A DNA stretch of 63,585 nt, filler included, from Octopus bimaculoides (Eukaryota), in assembly GCF_001194135.2 (NCBI RefSeq). It is 5 parts of 5 records of this genome, joined end to end, with 100 filler letters (N's around TTAATTAATTAA, not from the genome) between each part and the next. Parts side by side here need not be neighbours in the genome. Positions count along the whole stretch, not along the records: positions 26,634 to 41,637 come from NC_069008.1; positions 41,738 to 62,189 come from NC_068984.1; 3 more parts are not named here. One strand, written 5' to 3'. The position numbers and the translations under genes are program-made. The notes under the pieces are model-generated. The model saw only the letters and a list, made by a program, of their open reading frames with translations. It did no database searches and had not been told where the DNA came from. Of this stretch, positions 38,700 to 51,931 are shown one piece after another (positions within the stretch are counted from its first letter, which is position 1; each line of letters begins with the position of its first letter).

Positions 38700-39930
38700 G
38701 CAGTAGATGTATCATTATCAGACCCTTCTGCTGAAATCGTAGATCTTAATTTATGATAGTTTGCAGCTGCCATGTCGTTAGCTAAAATTGGTGTAGTCAA
38801 GTACGATAGTTTAAGTGTAGAAGTGTTGAATATCTTGTAGTGTTTGTGAAAGCATTTTTAAAGGTTGTCAAAGAATGCAATCGGAATGTTAATTTACCTA
38901 ACAACGAATAAAGGAAAATAAATCATGTTATATTACGTTTCCTCGTTCTAGTTTTTTTTCTTTTTAGTTGTATTCAGTGGATGGTCAACAATGGTATTGT
39001 CAATGCGTTTATGATTATTGTTGGCTTTTATTAGGATCGACATTTACATTGATACTATTTATATTTGTCAAAATGTTGTTCTTGATTTAGAAACCTCTTT
39101 TCTACTAGTGGCAGGTTCGAAAATTTGGTTAGAAGATTGAAGTTTTTAAAGAACTTGTGTGGTTTTGCACAAGTTCTCTAGTGGTTGGCATTTGAGGAGA
39201 TTTTTGCTATTAGGGTTAGTGGAGAGTCATCTCTTTATATAGACCACTGCCCAATTCTAGAAAATACTTATGTATTTCATCATGGAGGAATACATTAAGT
39301 CGGAGGCCTGCAGCGAGTCCGAAGACCACGTGGTGGTAACGAAGTTATTAGTTCTAGAGTTTCTAATCCAATAAATATCTTGAAACACAAAATTATGGAT
39401 TTGCGAACAGCTAGTCTAATATCAATTTCATCGTTGGTTATATCTGTTATTTTTCTACTATATATTAATGTCTTTTTCACAAGGATAGTGTAAATAATAA
39501 GACAGCAGTCTATAACGTGAAATTGAAGAAAGGAAGTGTTTGCCTTATTATTTAAATTGATTTAACAACGGATTACTTCACATGAATTGTTTTCACGGTT
39601 AACTAAAATATGTTTTTTAACATTTAGAATAATTCTATCTATAATTTTCTTTCTAATCCTACAGAAATCAGAAGTGTGATGAACGGGATAATGTTAGAGT
39701 TAGTTTCAGTGTCCTTAATGTTAAATTTAGTGGGTTTTGTAATAAGTAGTTCATTTTGTGCTGCTAAATCGAATTTGTTGATTAATTTGTATACTTTGTC
39801 CTTTATGGATTTTAAGTTATTAGCAGTTGTTATTTTACAGTTGTTAGTAGGCTCCTTGAAAATAAATTTATGATATGTATCCTTAGTTAAACTATACAAA
39901 TTAACTGTTTTGTTGGAGTGAATATGTATA
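38700..39930 (-). pseudogene. Heavily decayed Penelope-like RT fragment
   Basis: HKHYKIFNTSTLKLSYLTTPILAN matches HIYRKIFNRHTLKISFSSTANFKN of 60302-60811. 39639-39899 matches the N-terminal RT region at 59580-59780. Confidence 0.65.
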
Positions 39931-40150
39931 TATTCAGAATATCTAATATCTGTGATTTGGGATTTTACTTGTTGATGGAATGTATTTGTACGGTGGTTAT
40001 GGAATGTATTTTAAAGGAGGTAGAAATCCGTTACGGTCAGTCAATTTGTAAACAAAGAGTAAAATACCGTTTGAGGTTTAGCCGGGACGAGTTAGCTCCT
40101 TTAGACTAGTTAAGTTGACAAATCTTATGGACATAAGGGGCGAACAAGAA

Positions 40151-40188
<38 letters not shown>

Positions 40189-41455
40189 AATTACGAATTA
40201 AAAGCAGCGCTAGTGTTGCAAACATTATGGATCTTTCACACTCATTTTATGTGCTTTGCTTGCTTGCTTCGGTATAACACTTTGGGGATGACCCCCCCCC
40301 CNNNNNNNNNNNNNNNNNNNNNNNNNNNNNNNNNNNNNNNNNNNNNNNNNNNNNNNNNNNNNNNNNNNNNNNNNNNNNNNNNNNNNNNNNNNNNNNNNNN
40401 NNNNNNNNNNNNNNNNNNNNNNNNNNNNNNNNNNNNNNNNNNNNNNNNNNNNNNNNNNNNNNNNNNNNNNNNNNNNNNNNNNNNNNNNNNNNNNNNNNNN
40501 NNNNNNNNNNNNNNNNNNNNNNNNNNNNNNNNNNNNNNNNNNNNNNNNNNNNNNNNNNNNNNNNNNNNNNNNNNNNNNNNNNNNNNNNNNNNNNNNNNNN
40601 NNNNNNNNNNNNNNNNNNNNNNNNNNNNNNNNNNNNNNNNNNNNNNNNNNNNNNNNNNNNNNNNNNNNNNNNNNNNNNNNNNNNNNNNNNNNNNNNNNNN
40701 NNNNNNNNNNNNNNNNNNNNNNNNNNNNNNNNNNNNNNNNNNNNNNNNNNNNNNNNNNNNNNNNNNNNNNNNNNNNNNNNNNNNNNNNNNNNNNNNNNNN
40801 NNNNNNNNNNNNNNNNNNNNNNNNNNNNNNNNNNNNNNNNNNNNNNNNNNNNNNNNNNNNNNNNNNNNNNNNNNNNNNNNNNNNNNNNNNNNNNNNNNNN
40901 NNNNNNNNNNNNNNNNNNNNNNNNNNNNNNNNNNNNNNNNNNNNNNNNNNNNNNNNNNNNNNNNNNNNNNNNNNNNNNNNNNNNNNNNNNNNNNNNNNNN
41001 NNNNNNNNNNNNNNNNNNNNNNNNNNNNNNNNNNNNNNNNNNNNNNNNNNNNNNNNNNNNNNNNNNNNNNNNNNNNNNNNNNNNNNNNNNNNNNNNNNNN
41101 NNNNNNNNNNNNNNNNNNNNNNNNNNNNNNNNNNNNNNNNNNNNNNNNNNNNNNNNNNNNNNNNNNNNNNNNNNNNNNNNNNNNNNNNNNNNNNNNNAAG
41201 ATAACTTCCCTTGGCAAATACAGACAGGACACAGATGTGTGTCGATAGCCAGTTGGAGGAGATGTCCTCCTGGGGCTAAAAGCAACAGTAACATCCACCC
41301 TTCGGGGTCAGCCACATTTAAGTGGCAAATATATTTCACTTTATCGTGCAGTTACTGTTAATACCTCGTTCAGAGATTTAACATATATATATATAGTTAT
41401 GTATATACAACCGTATACATACATACACACACACACACATACATACATACATACA

Positions 41456-41491
<36 letters not shown>

Positions 41492-41889
41492 TATATATAC
41501 AGATATAGAGAAAAAATTTGTAGTTTGGAATCAGTAGTTCTTTGACTGCTATTTCTAAATTTTCAGTATGTTGGAGAAGCAACTCAAGCTAATCCCTGTA
41601 TATTTATGATCCCCCCCCCCTCGTTCTTCCTCTGTACNNNNNNNNNNNNNNNNNNNNNNNNNNNNNNNNNNNNNNNNNNNNTTAATTAATTAANNNNNNN
41701 NNNNNNNNNNNNNNNNNNNNNNNNNNNNNNNNNNNNNTATATATATATATAAGGTTGAGGAGGGTATTGGATTTAACCAAACCCAAAAGGTTACAGGTAA
41801 TACCGAGTAAGTGCTGTATACCGACTAGTTTTGCCCTAGTCGTTGTATGAACAGGATTGGGGATTATAAGTCGTGTATTAGCATGTGCA

Positions 41890-42298
41890 TATATATTTCC
41901 ATATTTTAAAATACAATTCTCCCACTCTACTTAATCGATATAATGAAGCATTTAGCAACTGCAATCACCGCTCTTTCCATACATTTAAATTTTATCACAA
42001 ACAAATGCACAAACGATTATGCAACATAATCGCACGGCTCCCCAGAGGCAACCTATTCGACCTGGCAAAAACATCCATCTTTTACCATCTTTTGAATAGA
42101 CTTATTTCTTTTTCGATCCTATCACCAAAATCTACTTCCTCTACACTCTACTTGACAATAACACCACCACCACATACAGGCTACTTGGTTACTTTCAATC
42201 CCATTCCACTGGCTATAAATAGGTTTAGCTATCTTTTAGAATATGATACTACTAACTGCCTATCCCAATCCTCTCTCCCTTTATTACTGTTCTTGGTT
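41890..42298 (+). mobile_element. Possible PLE endonuclease C-terminus plus 3' region
   Basis: LLNRYNEAFSNCNH resembles the PLE terminal LN.R.E...C.H motif (CLNSKTELFGSCPH at about 61150). A TATAAATAG follows. Confidence 0.35.
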
Positions 42299-43399
42299 NN
42301 NNNNNNNNNNNNNNNNNNNNNNNNNNNNNNNNNNNNNNNNNNNNNNNNNNNNNNNNNNNNNNNNNNNNNNNNNNNNNNNNNNNNNNNNNNNNNNNNNNNN
42401 NNNNNNNNNNNNNNNNNNNNNNNNNNNNNNNNNNNNNNNNNNNNNNNNNNNNNNNNNNNNNNNNNNNNNNNNNNNNNNNNNNNNNNNNNNNNNNNNNNNN
42501 NNNNNNNNNNNNNNNNNNNNNNNNNNNNNNNNNNNNNNNNNNNNNNNNNNNNNNNNNNNNNNNNNNNNNNNNNNNNNNNNNNNNNNNNNNNNNNNNNNNN
42601 NNNNNNNNNNNNNNNNNNNNNNNNNNNNNNNNNNNNNNNNNNNNNNNNNNNNNNNNNNNNNNNNNNNNNNNNNNNNNNNNNNNNNNNNNNNNNNNNNNNN
42701 NNNNNNNNNNNNNNNNNNNNNNNNNNNNNNNNNNNNNNNNNNNNNNNNNNNNNNNNNNNNNNNNNNNNNNNNNNNNNNNNNNNNNNNNNNNNNNNNNNNN
42801 NNNNNNNNNNNNNNNNNNNNNNNNNNNNNNNNNNNNNNNNNNNNNNNNNNNNNNNNNNNNNNNNNNNNNNNNNNNNNNNNNNNNNNNNNNNNNNNNNNNN
42901 NNNNNNNNNNAAAGATTATCCCTTGGTTCCGTTTTCATAATTGTTTTGTTAATCCAATAACAACAATACAAATTATGTAGCCCTTAAAACAGTTTTTGTG
43001 CATTTACAGAGAATACCAAACTGTCTTACATAGGATCTTGATTTTAGGAACTCCCAATAAGTTATGAATACCTAAATTGTGAAGTCAGTTACATAAATAC
43101 ATGAAATTAGTTACCCGATAGTAAGAATTCAAATAAAGTAGCCCTGAAAAGGGCTTTAATGCATTCCCAGAGTATATAGAACTTAGGAGGAAATACCAAT
43201 ATGGTATGTATACCAAAATCGTGAAGCATGTTACGTAATAACTAGTTAATCAGATATGAGATAATAGCAATTCAAAGTAAGCAACTCTGAAAAGGTCTTT
43301 TGAGTGTTCCCAGAGAATATTGCCCACAGGGGCACTAGTGTTGAAATAGATTTACAATGAATGTAGAAACAGACTGACATTTAGTATTACAGTAGACAT

Positions 43400-45640
43400 A
43401 CAAATAACCTTGCATATATATTTAAAAACAAAATAACATGTAGATTATCAATACATTTACAACACTTACAAATATTACAGTTAAAAAATAAATACCTGAT
43501 GATTTGGTGAATCTTATTAAGCTTGCAGAGCTTCTTGATAAACAACATAATTGTCTTTGCTTGTGGGGCATAAATAAACAAATGATTAGGATTGCCAACA
43601 CTTGAGCATCCCACATAAAGTTGGCCATGGGAGAAAACTGGTTCTGCAAGGTTCAGACCTACCATGTGCAAAGACTGCCCCTGGGCCTTGTTAATGCTCA
43701 TTGCAAAGCTCAGTTTCAATGGGAATTGCAGACACTTGTACTGGAAAGGCATATCTGAGGTAATAAGTGGAATTATTGCTTTACCAGTCAAAATTTTTGT
43801 CCCCAAGACTGTTGGCATTATCTTCTTTATTATAAGTCATGTGCCATTGTATAGGTTTGGTGGATCGAGGTTTCAAAGCAGCATAACTGGTGCCGCAATC
43901 CTGAGATGCAAGTTGTGAGGTGGGAGGCCAGGTAGTGTTAGACTATTCAAGAATTCAACTGGATAATTCACAGCTTCATCAATGTTGAGTACAGTGTCGA
44001 TGGAATTGTAGATGTGACACACACCTGACAACTGTTTCAAGTTTAAATTTCAAATCATCAACAGTTACATTCTTTGGAGCTAAAATGGCAGGGGTTTTCA
44101 GCCAGTTGTGGTCTGTAAACTAATTCTTTAGGTTAGGAAACACCTTATTCATCTGTCCCTTTAAATCAGATACCATTTGTCCAACAGGCAAGCTTACCTG
44201 GCCATCCTTCTCGCCAACTGAAGTGCCATTACCGATGTCCAACAGTTGCTTTGAAAAGGTTCTGTCCGCATCATCACCACTGAGCTGCACTTTCATGTTG
44301 GTTGTGAGTCTCAGCTTTTGCACACTGCTCCATAGGTAGGACGACTTTATGCTGGCATTTACTTCATCAGCTCTTGTCCCCTTTGGAACTACAGGAAGGG
44401 TTTGTCTAAAGTCTCCTGCATGAACCTGGTGTTGTGTCTCAGATCCTAAAGAGCCATATCAAGAGCTTCAAAGGAAACCTAATGGCTCACTTTATCCCAG
44501 AAGATCGACCTGCATTCACTCAGAAGTTTACCTTTTATNNNNNNNNNNNNNNNNNNNNNNNNNNNNNNNNNNNNNNNNNNNNNNNNNNNNNNNNNNNNNN
44601 NNNNNNNNNNNNNNNNNNNNNNNNNNNNNNNNNNNNNNNNNNNNNNNNNNNNNNNNNNNNNNNNNNNNNNNNNNNNNNNNNNNNNNNNNNNNNNNNNNNN
44701 NNNNNNNNNNNNNNNNNNNNNNNNNNNNNNNNNNNNNNNNNNNNNNNNNNNNNNNNNNNNNNNNNNNNNNNNNNNNNNNNNNNNNNNNNNNNNNNNNNNN
44801 NNNNNNNNNNNNNNNNNNNNNNNNNNNNNNNNNNNNNNNNNNNNNNNNNNNNNNNNNNNNNNNNNNGAGTATCCAGAAAGAAAAAACAATCCCCTCTTTC
44901 ATTTTCAATGCTCAAAATAATGGCGTTGTAAAGTTATAAACACCCAGTTGCCCTCATTTCCTTGATGTCATAGCTGATTTCTTGCAAGTATTCAATTGCA
45001 AGATTGTTTGCTGCCTACTCTGGTTGATGCAGACCAAACGTGAAATTGCCTTGACCTCCCATAGCTTGCACTCAGGTATCCAGATCAAGTAATGCCTCAT
45101 TATAAGTGGCGTTATTGAACGTGGCAATTTCCGCTGAGGTTTGCCTTTGAATCCTTTGTAGGATGTCCTCTGCCATGCTGGTTTTGTGGGTTGCCCAAAA
45201 CTTGAGAGGTTCAACATGATAGAAAATAGCTGGCGCAGTTGATTTAGTGCTTTGCTGACTGCTACTCCTCCAGTGTCTGGTCCCAGTGAGCATTATCCTC
45301 CAGTAGTCCATGTTTGGCACATTCTTCTTTGTGTCTTTGAAAATCTGTGAATGATGTAGGCGCTCTGACAGTATGCAGCAATAGATGCAGAAAGAAGCAC
45401 TCATGCAGATTTGGGTGCACAGCGTACACCCGCCTGATGGCCCCACTTTAGAAGACAGCATCTTCTTCCTAGCTCTCAATGTGTGCTCCTTGCTTGCATT
45501 TGCACCATCCATTGTGTGCCCAGGTATAGTATACGGGGACCTCAACATACAACAATGTTCGGGAAAACAGATCACATTGGCATAATTTCAAGAAAGCTGT
45601 CAAAATGGTTTCTCGTGGATTCAGAACTACATTTTGAGCA
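43400..45640 (-). mobile_element. Helitron RepHel remnant (PIF1-like helicase and pre-helicase region)
   Basis: QFPLKLSFAMSINKAQGQSL, VFSHGQLYVGCS, AGDFRQTLPVVPKGTRAD, LTTNM, LLDIGNG, and upstream LTAFLKLCQCDLFSRTLLYVEVPVYYTW and VHPNLHECFFLHLLLH. Spans a gap. Confidence 0.92.
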
Positions 45641-45878
45641 TTGTCTTCTGTGAAATATACAGGCCAACCATTTTTAAGATGTACAGATAGATTTTAAAGT
45701 GTTCCTACTTGTAAACATGGTGTGACCATTGTGATGACAGAGCATTTGTCTAAAAGCAGAAAGTTCTTCATGCACCACTTTTAAATTGGTTGAAGTGATA
45801 TGAAACACATCATTCATGGTGTATTCGTGAATAAATGACTAACCAAAAGAAGAGGATCTATTGTTTAGGAAAATACTA

Positions 45879-46130
45879 TTAGGTTAGTGCATAATTATTG
45901 CGGCTTTTTTCAATAAATTTTATTCAACAAAAACATAACAACATTTAACAAAAACATCTTTAAATGATTATTCCGACCAGCTGCCAAGCAAATAGGAAGC
46001 AGTAATTTAAGTAGATGGTGAATATGCTCTGAAGTAATCATTTAAATATGTTTTTGTTAAATGTTGTTATTGTTTTTGTTGAATAAAATTTATTGAAAAA
46101 AAAAACTGCAGTAATTATGCACCAACCTAG
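45879..46130. mobile_element. Mariner-type MITE with long TIRs and TA target duplication
   Basis: TA|TTAGGTTAGTGCATAATTATTGCGG ... CTGCAGTAATTATGCACCAACCTAG|TA. Inverted arms are about 105 bp. Confidence 0.9.
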
Positions 46131-46471
46131 TATTTACTTGTTTAAGGCTTGTACTGGATAAATTGTGAAAATAACTAATACTTGAAATACTAAGAAATAA
46201 ATATACTCAACTTGATTTATACCAAATAATATAGGAAAATGAATGGGTTATTTCCCTTGGCTGTTAAAATAAAATAAATTAGTTATATATGTGGATCCCT
46301 TCCAGGAGCCCTAACCATCCAATTATAGATTTTTATTAAACTTCAATGAGCTTAGTAACAAACTGGATGTTACTTTAGCATGTTTGCAAAGTTTCAAGAA
46401 AATTCGCTAACAGGTGTAGACACCAACTTGACACAGACAACTTGTTTTCATATATGTATAAGATATATATA

Positions 46472-49400
46472 CAGGGTGCATTAGGTATTTGAGGACATAC
46501 CTTTTTTGAGTCATTGCTGCATTTTTTGCTAACTTTGTATAGTCTTTGTTTCAGAAAATAATACTGACAGACCCTCTGCTTACTCAAGAAATGAAGAGGC
46601 ATGCTGTTATTGTGGTTATAAAGGCTGAGCATAGCAATTTCGAAACACCTCTATTTTTAAAAGTTGCCAGATCTTTCATCTACAAATTTTGTAAGGAGTT
46701 AGAGACTGAAGATGGAAACATATCACCAGTATCAAAGCAAAAAAAGCATTCTAAATGCTCTGAAATCATCAGAACACTTGAATCAATCCAGAAGTCCAAC
46801 AGACCATTGATTACAATACCAGAAAGTTCAATGAGATCAATTGGAAAAGATCTCCATGTGTCAGAAGGAACAATCAGAAATATTGTCCACAAACACATCA
46901 GATGTAAGTCATATGATGAGGAAAGGTCAATTTATCAGAAAAAGCAAAAGAAAATCACTACATCACATCTAAAAGGCTCTTAAACAAACTGAAAAATCTA
47001 GCAGAAGAAGATTTGAGTTGGTTTTTCTCAAACAAGAAAACTTTGAACAAGATCAAAATGTAAACAGAAGAAATGAAAGATGGTTATGTGCAGATCCTTC
47101 TGAAGTACCAAGTGTTATGCATACAAAATTTCCTGCAACTGTCATGGTTTCAGGGGTTGTAAGCAATTTTTTCCACAAGGCCTTAGAGTTAACTCTACCG
47201 CCTACATTCAGGCCCTGGAAGCAATTGTTAAGCCATGGATAGACATTGTATACAATGGAAGGCCATGTGTTTCAGTAAGACTCTGCAGTATCTAGTAACA
47301 GAGGAATGGATGGCTGAAAATTTTCATGATCACATAACCCCTAACATTAGGCCTCCTAATTCCCCAGATCTCAATCCATTGGACTATTACATGTGGAGTG
47401 TTGTTGAGAAAGAGGTCAATGAATATGCCCATAACATCAAGGATTCTTTGAAAGCTGCCATAGTCAGAGAAATGACCAAAATGAACAAGGACCACTTGAT
47501 TCAAGCTGTAGGTGATTTAGATCTCGTAGAGAAGCAGATGTTGAAGCTGAAGGTGGCTTTATTGAATAACATTATAGAAATGAAGGTTTATTTTCATCCT
47601 CATAGCATTTTTTGATAAAAAATGAAGTTATCTCTTATATATGATTTTTTAGGCAAAAAACACAGGTACAAGATTTTCTGGGCAGGAAACACGGATGGGG
47701 TCGGGGGCGTGGGTATACTTCTTGCAAAGAAATGGGTGGATAAAGTAATCGAGGTAGTTAGAGTATGCGATAGAATACTTAAGATTAGATTAGTCCTACA
47801 CCATGGGTTAGCAACCATAATCTCGGCCTATGCCACTCAGCCCGTGCTACCCAACGGACTGAAAGACCAATTTTATGACACCCTCCTGCAGACTACCTCA
47901 TCGACGAATGACAGGGACCTTCTCTTTGTGACTGGTGACTTCAATGGTCATGTAGGACAACATTCAGGGGGCTTCTATGGCGTACATGGAGGCTATGGTT
48001 TTGGTTCCCGCAATGAGGAGGGATTCAGGCTGCTGGAGTTCTGTGATGCAAATGACCTTATGGTCTGCAATACTAACTCCAGGAAACCTGCCAGTCACCT
48101 AGTCACCTACCATTCTGGCAGGCACACTAGCCAAATTGACTACATCCTCGCCAGGCAAAGGGAAAGATGGCTGCTTACAAATGCCAAAACATTCCCAGGC
48201 GAAGAATATACCCCACAACATAGACTAGTAGTTAGTGACTTCAGGATCAGAGCTAAGTGGCTGCCCAGAAGACGACCAGCTTGGAGGAGAAGGATATGGA
48301 AGTTCAAAGATCCTGCGAATGGACAGAGATTTAGAGACTTATTACTCAAAGCCTTCGACAAAATAGAGGGGGATGTAGCTTCACACAATGTAGAGGACAA
48401 CAGGATGTTTCTACAGGATAACCTGCTGAGGGCCATCGACGAGATCTGTGGTTGGTGCAAGGTCCCTTCTTGATTCAAAATAACGTGGTGGTGGAACAAG
48501 GAGGTAGACAGGGCTATTAGACAAAAGAAACAGGCTTGGAAGGACTGGAAGAACGGTGGTAGCAGGGAATTGTACCAATCTGCCAGAAGGGAAGCTAAGC
48601 GACAGGTTTATTTAGTCAGAGGGGAAGCAGATAAGAAAAGATTTGCCAATGTTCTGCGCCGTGAGGACCAAAGACTTGAGGTATTTCATGTTGCAAGACA
48701 GTGTAGGAGAGAGAATAGTGATGTCGTAGGAGAGAAATGTGTTCGCATGGATGATGGTACGCTTGCACTAAATGAGGCTGCAAAAAAAGAGGTCTGGAGA
48801 TNNNNNNNNNNNNNNNNNNNNNNNNNNNNNNNNNNNNNNNNNNNNNNNNNNNNNNNNNNNNNNNNNNNNNNNNNNNNNNNNNNNNNNNNNNNNNNNNNNN
48901 NNNNNNNNNNNNNNNNNNNNNNNNNNNNNNNNNNNNNNNNNNNNNNNNNNNNNNNNNNNNNNNNNNNNNNNNNNNNNNNNNNNNNNNNNNNNNNNNNNNN
49001 NNNNNNNNNNNNNNNNNNNNNNNNNNNNNNNNNNNNNNNNNNNNNNNNNNNNNNNNNNNNNNNNNNNNNNNNNNNNNNNNNNNNNNNNNNNNNNNNNNNN
49101 NNNNNNNNNNNNNNNNNNNNNNNNNNNNNNNNNNNNNNNNNNNNNNNNNNNNNNNNNNNNNNNNNNNNNNNNNNNNNNNNNNNNNNNNNNNNNNNNNNNN
49201 NNNNNNNNNNNNNNNNNNNNNNNNNNNNNNNNNNNNNNNNNNNNNNNNNNNNNNNNNNNNNNNNNNNNNNNNNNNNNNNNNNNNNNNNNNNNNNNNNNNN
49301 NNNNNNNNNNNNNNNNNNNNNNNNNNNNNNNNNNNNNNNNNNNNNNNNNNNNNNNNNNNNNNNNNNNNNNNNNNNNNNNNNNNNNNNNNNNNNNNNNNNN

Positions 49401-51923
49401 NNNNNNNNNNNNNNNNNNNNNNNNNNNNNNNNNNNNNNNNNNNNNNNNNNNNNNNNNNNNNNNNNNNNNNNNNNNNNNNNNGAAGAATGGTTAGTGAGAG
49501 TTGTGCGAGCCATGTACAGAGACGCTGTCAGTAAGGTGAGGGTTGGCAATGAGTACAGTGAAGAATTCCGGGTGGAGGTAGGGGTCCACCAAGGTTCTGT
49601 CGTCAGCCCCCTCCTATTTATCATAGTCCTCCAGGCTATAACAGAGGAATTCAAGAAAGGATGCCCCTGGGAGCTCCTCTATGCTGATGACCTTGCACTA
49701 ATTGCTGAGTCACTATCAGAACTAGAGGAGAAGTTTCAGGTGTGGAAGCAAGGACTAGAATCGAAGGGCCTTAGAGTCAACCTAGCTAAAACCAAACTCC
49801 TAATAAGTAGGAAGGCAGACAAAACACAAACCCCTTCGGGTAGATAGCCCTGCTCGATCTGTAGAAAAGGAGTGGGTAGTAACTCTATAGGATGCACCCA
49901 GTGCAAGCTATGGACACATAAGAGGTGCAGCAATATCACAGGAAGGTTAACTAAGAAGTTAGTGTTTGTATGTAGCAGATGTTCAGGAGCTATAAACACT
50001 GTGAATGTGCAGAAAACAACTTCTGCCACATTCCAGGGAGAAAAAATAGAAGTGGTTGATAGCTTCCGCTATCTTGGTGACCAAATTAGCAGTGGGGGTG
50101 GGTGCACTGAAAGCGTAGCTGCTAGAATTAGAATAACCTGGGCAAAGTTCAGAGAGCTGGCGACAGAGGGTCTCTCTCTCAGAGTAAAAGGCAGATTGTA
50201 TGACGCATGTGTACGAACAGTCATGCTTCATGGCAGTGAAACATGGGCCATGACTGCTGAGGACATGCATAGGCTCGCAAGGAATGAAGCCAGTATGCTC
50301 CGATGGTTGTGTAATGTCAGTGTGCATACTAGACAAAGTATCAGTACCTTGAGAGAAAAGTTGAACTTACGAAGCATCAGTTGTGGTGTGCAAGAGAGAC
50401 GATTGCGCTGGTATGGTCATGTAGCGAGAATAGATGAGGATAGCTGCATGAAAAAGTGCCACACCTTAGCGGTTGAGGGAACCTGCGAAAGAGGTAGGCC
50501 CAGGAAGTCTTGGGATGAGGTGGTGAGGCACGACCTACGAACATTNNNNNNNNNNNNNNNNNNNNNNNNNNNNNNNNNNNNNNNNNNNNNNNNNNNNNNN
50601 NNNNNNNNNNNNNNNNNNNNNNNNNNNNNNNNNNNNNNNNNNNNNNNNNNNNNNNNNNNNNNNNNNNNNNNNNNNNNNNNNNNNNNNNNNNNNNNNNNNN
50701 NNNNNNNNNNNNNNNNNNNNNNNNNNNNNNNNNNNNNNNNNNNNNNNNNNNNNNNNNNNNNNNNNNNNNNNNNNNNNNNNNNNNNNNNNNNNNNNNNNNN
50801 NNNNNNNNNNNNNNNNNNNNNNNNNNNNNNNNNNNNNNNNNNNNNNNNNNNNNNNNNNNNNNNNNNNNNNNNNNNNNNNNNNNNNNNNNNNNNNNNNNNN
50901 NNNNNNNNNNNNNNNNNNNNNNNNNNNNNNNNNNNNNNNNNNNNNNNNNNNNNNNNNNNNNNNNNNNNNNNNNNNNNNNNNNNNNNNNNNNNNNNNNNNN
51001 NNNNNNNNNNNNNNNNNNNNNNNNNNNNNNNNNNNNNNNNNNNNNNNNNNNNNNNNNNNNNNNNNNNNNNNNNNNNNNNNNNNNNNNNNNNNNNNNNNNN
51101 NNNNNNNNNNNNNNNNNNNNNNNNNNNNNNNNNNNNNNNNNNNNNNNNNNNNNNNNNNNNNNNNNNNNNNNNNNNNNNNNNNNNNNNNNNNNNNNNNNNN
51201 NNNNNNNNNNNNNNNNNNNNNNNNNNNNNNNNNNNNNNNNNNNNNNNNNNNNNNNNNNNNNNNNNNNNNNNNNNNNNNNNNNNNNNNNNNNNNNNNNNNN
51301 NNNNNNNNNNNNNNNNNNNNNNNNNNNNNNNNNNNNNNNNNNNNNNNNNNNNNNNNNNNNNNNNNNNNNNNNNNNNNNNNNNNNNNNNNNNNNNNNNNNN
51401 NNNNNNNNNNNNNNNNNNNNNNNNNNNNNNNNNNNNNNNNNNNNNNNNNNNNNNNNNNNNNNNNNNNNNNNNNNNNNNNNNNNNNNNNNNNNNNNNNNNN
51501 NNNNNNNNNNNNNNNNNNNNNNNNNNNNNNNNNNNNNNNNNNNNTTTTGAGCGTGACCGTTGCCAGTGCTGCCTGGCTGGCCTTCGTGGGATTTTCGAGC
51601 GAGATCGTTGCCAGTGCCCCCAGACTGGCCCTTGTGCGGGTGGCACATGAAATGCACCATTTTGAGCATGGCCGTTGCCAGTACCGCCTGACTGGCCTTC
51701 GTGCAGGTGACACGTAAAAGCACCCACACCACTCTCTGAGTGGTTGGCGTTAGGAAGGGCATCCAGCTGTAGAAACTCTGCCAAATCAGATTGGAACCCG
51801 GTGTAGCCATCTGGTTTCACCAGTCCTCAGTCAAATTGTCCAACCCATGCTAGCATAGAAAGCGGACGTTAAACGATGATGATGATGATGATAAATCTGT
51901 CCTCAAATATCTTATGCACCCTG
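46472..51923 (+). mobile_element. ITm (maT/DD37D-like) DNA transposon split by an RTE insertion
   Basis: TIRs at 46472-46497 and 51898-51923 match at 24 of 26 positions, with TA on the left. The transposase at about 46590-47560 has FFS.KK, QDS and PPNSPDLNPLDYY motifs plus frameshifts. Confidence 0.88.
47645..51891 (+). mobile_element. RTE LINE, 5'-truncated and relatively young (APE + RT + PHD-like finger + 3' UTR with (GAT)n tail)
   Basis: GGVGILL, GDFNGH and QIDYIL (APE). GVHQGSVVSPLLF and LLYADDL (RT). LRWYGHVAR C-terminus. Tail CCATGCTAGCATAGAAAGCGGACGTTAAAC(GAT)n. In-frame stops at 48471 and 49845. Two gaps. Confidence 0.95.
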
Positions 51924-51931
51924 TGTATATA

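Noticed and set aside
43318-43340. Hairpin TGCCC-ACAG-GGGCA followed by CTAG|T as a Helitron 3' end
   Set aside because: It is on the strand opposite to the adjacent helicase and lacks the usual spacer, so it could not be assigned.
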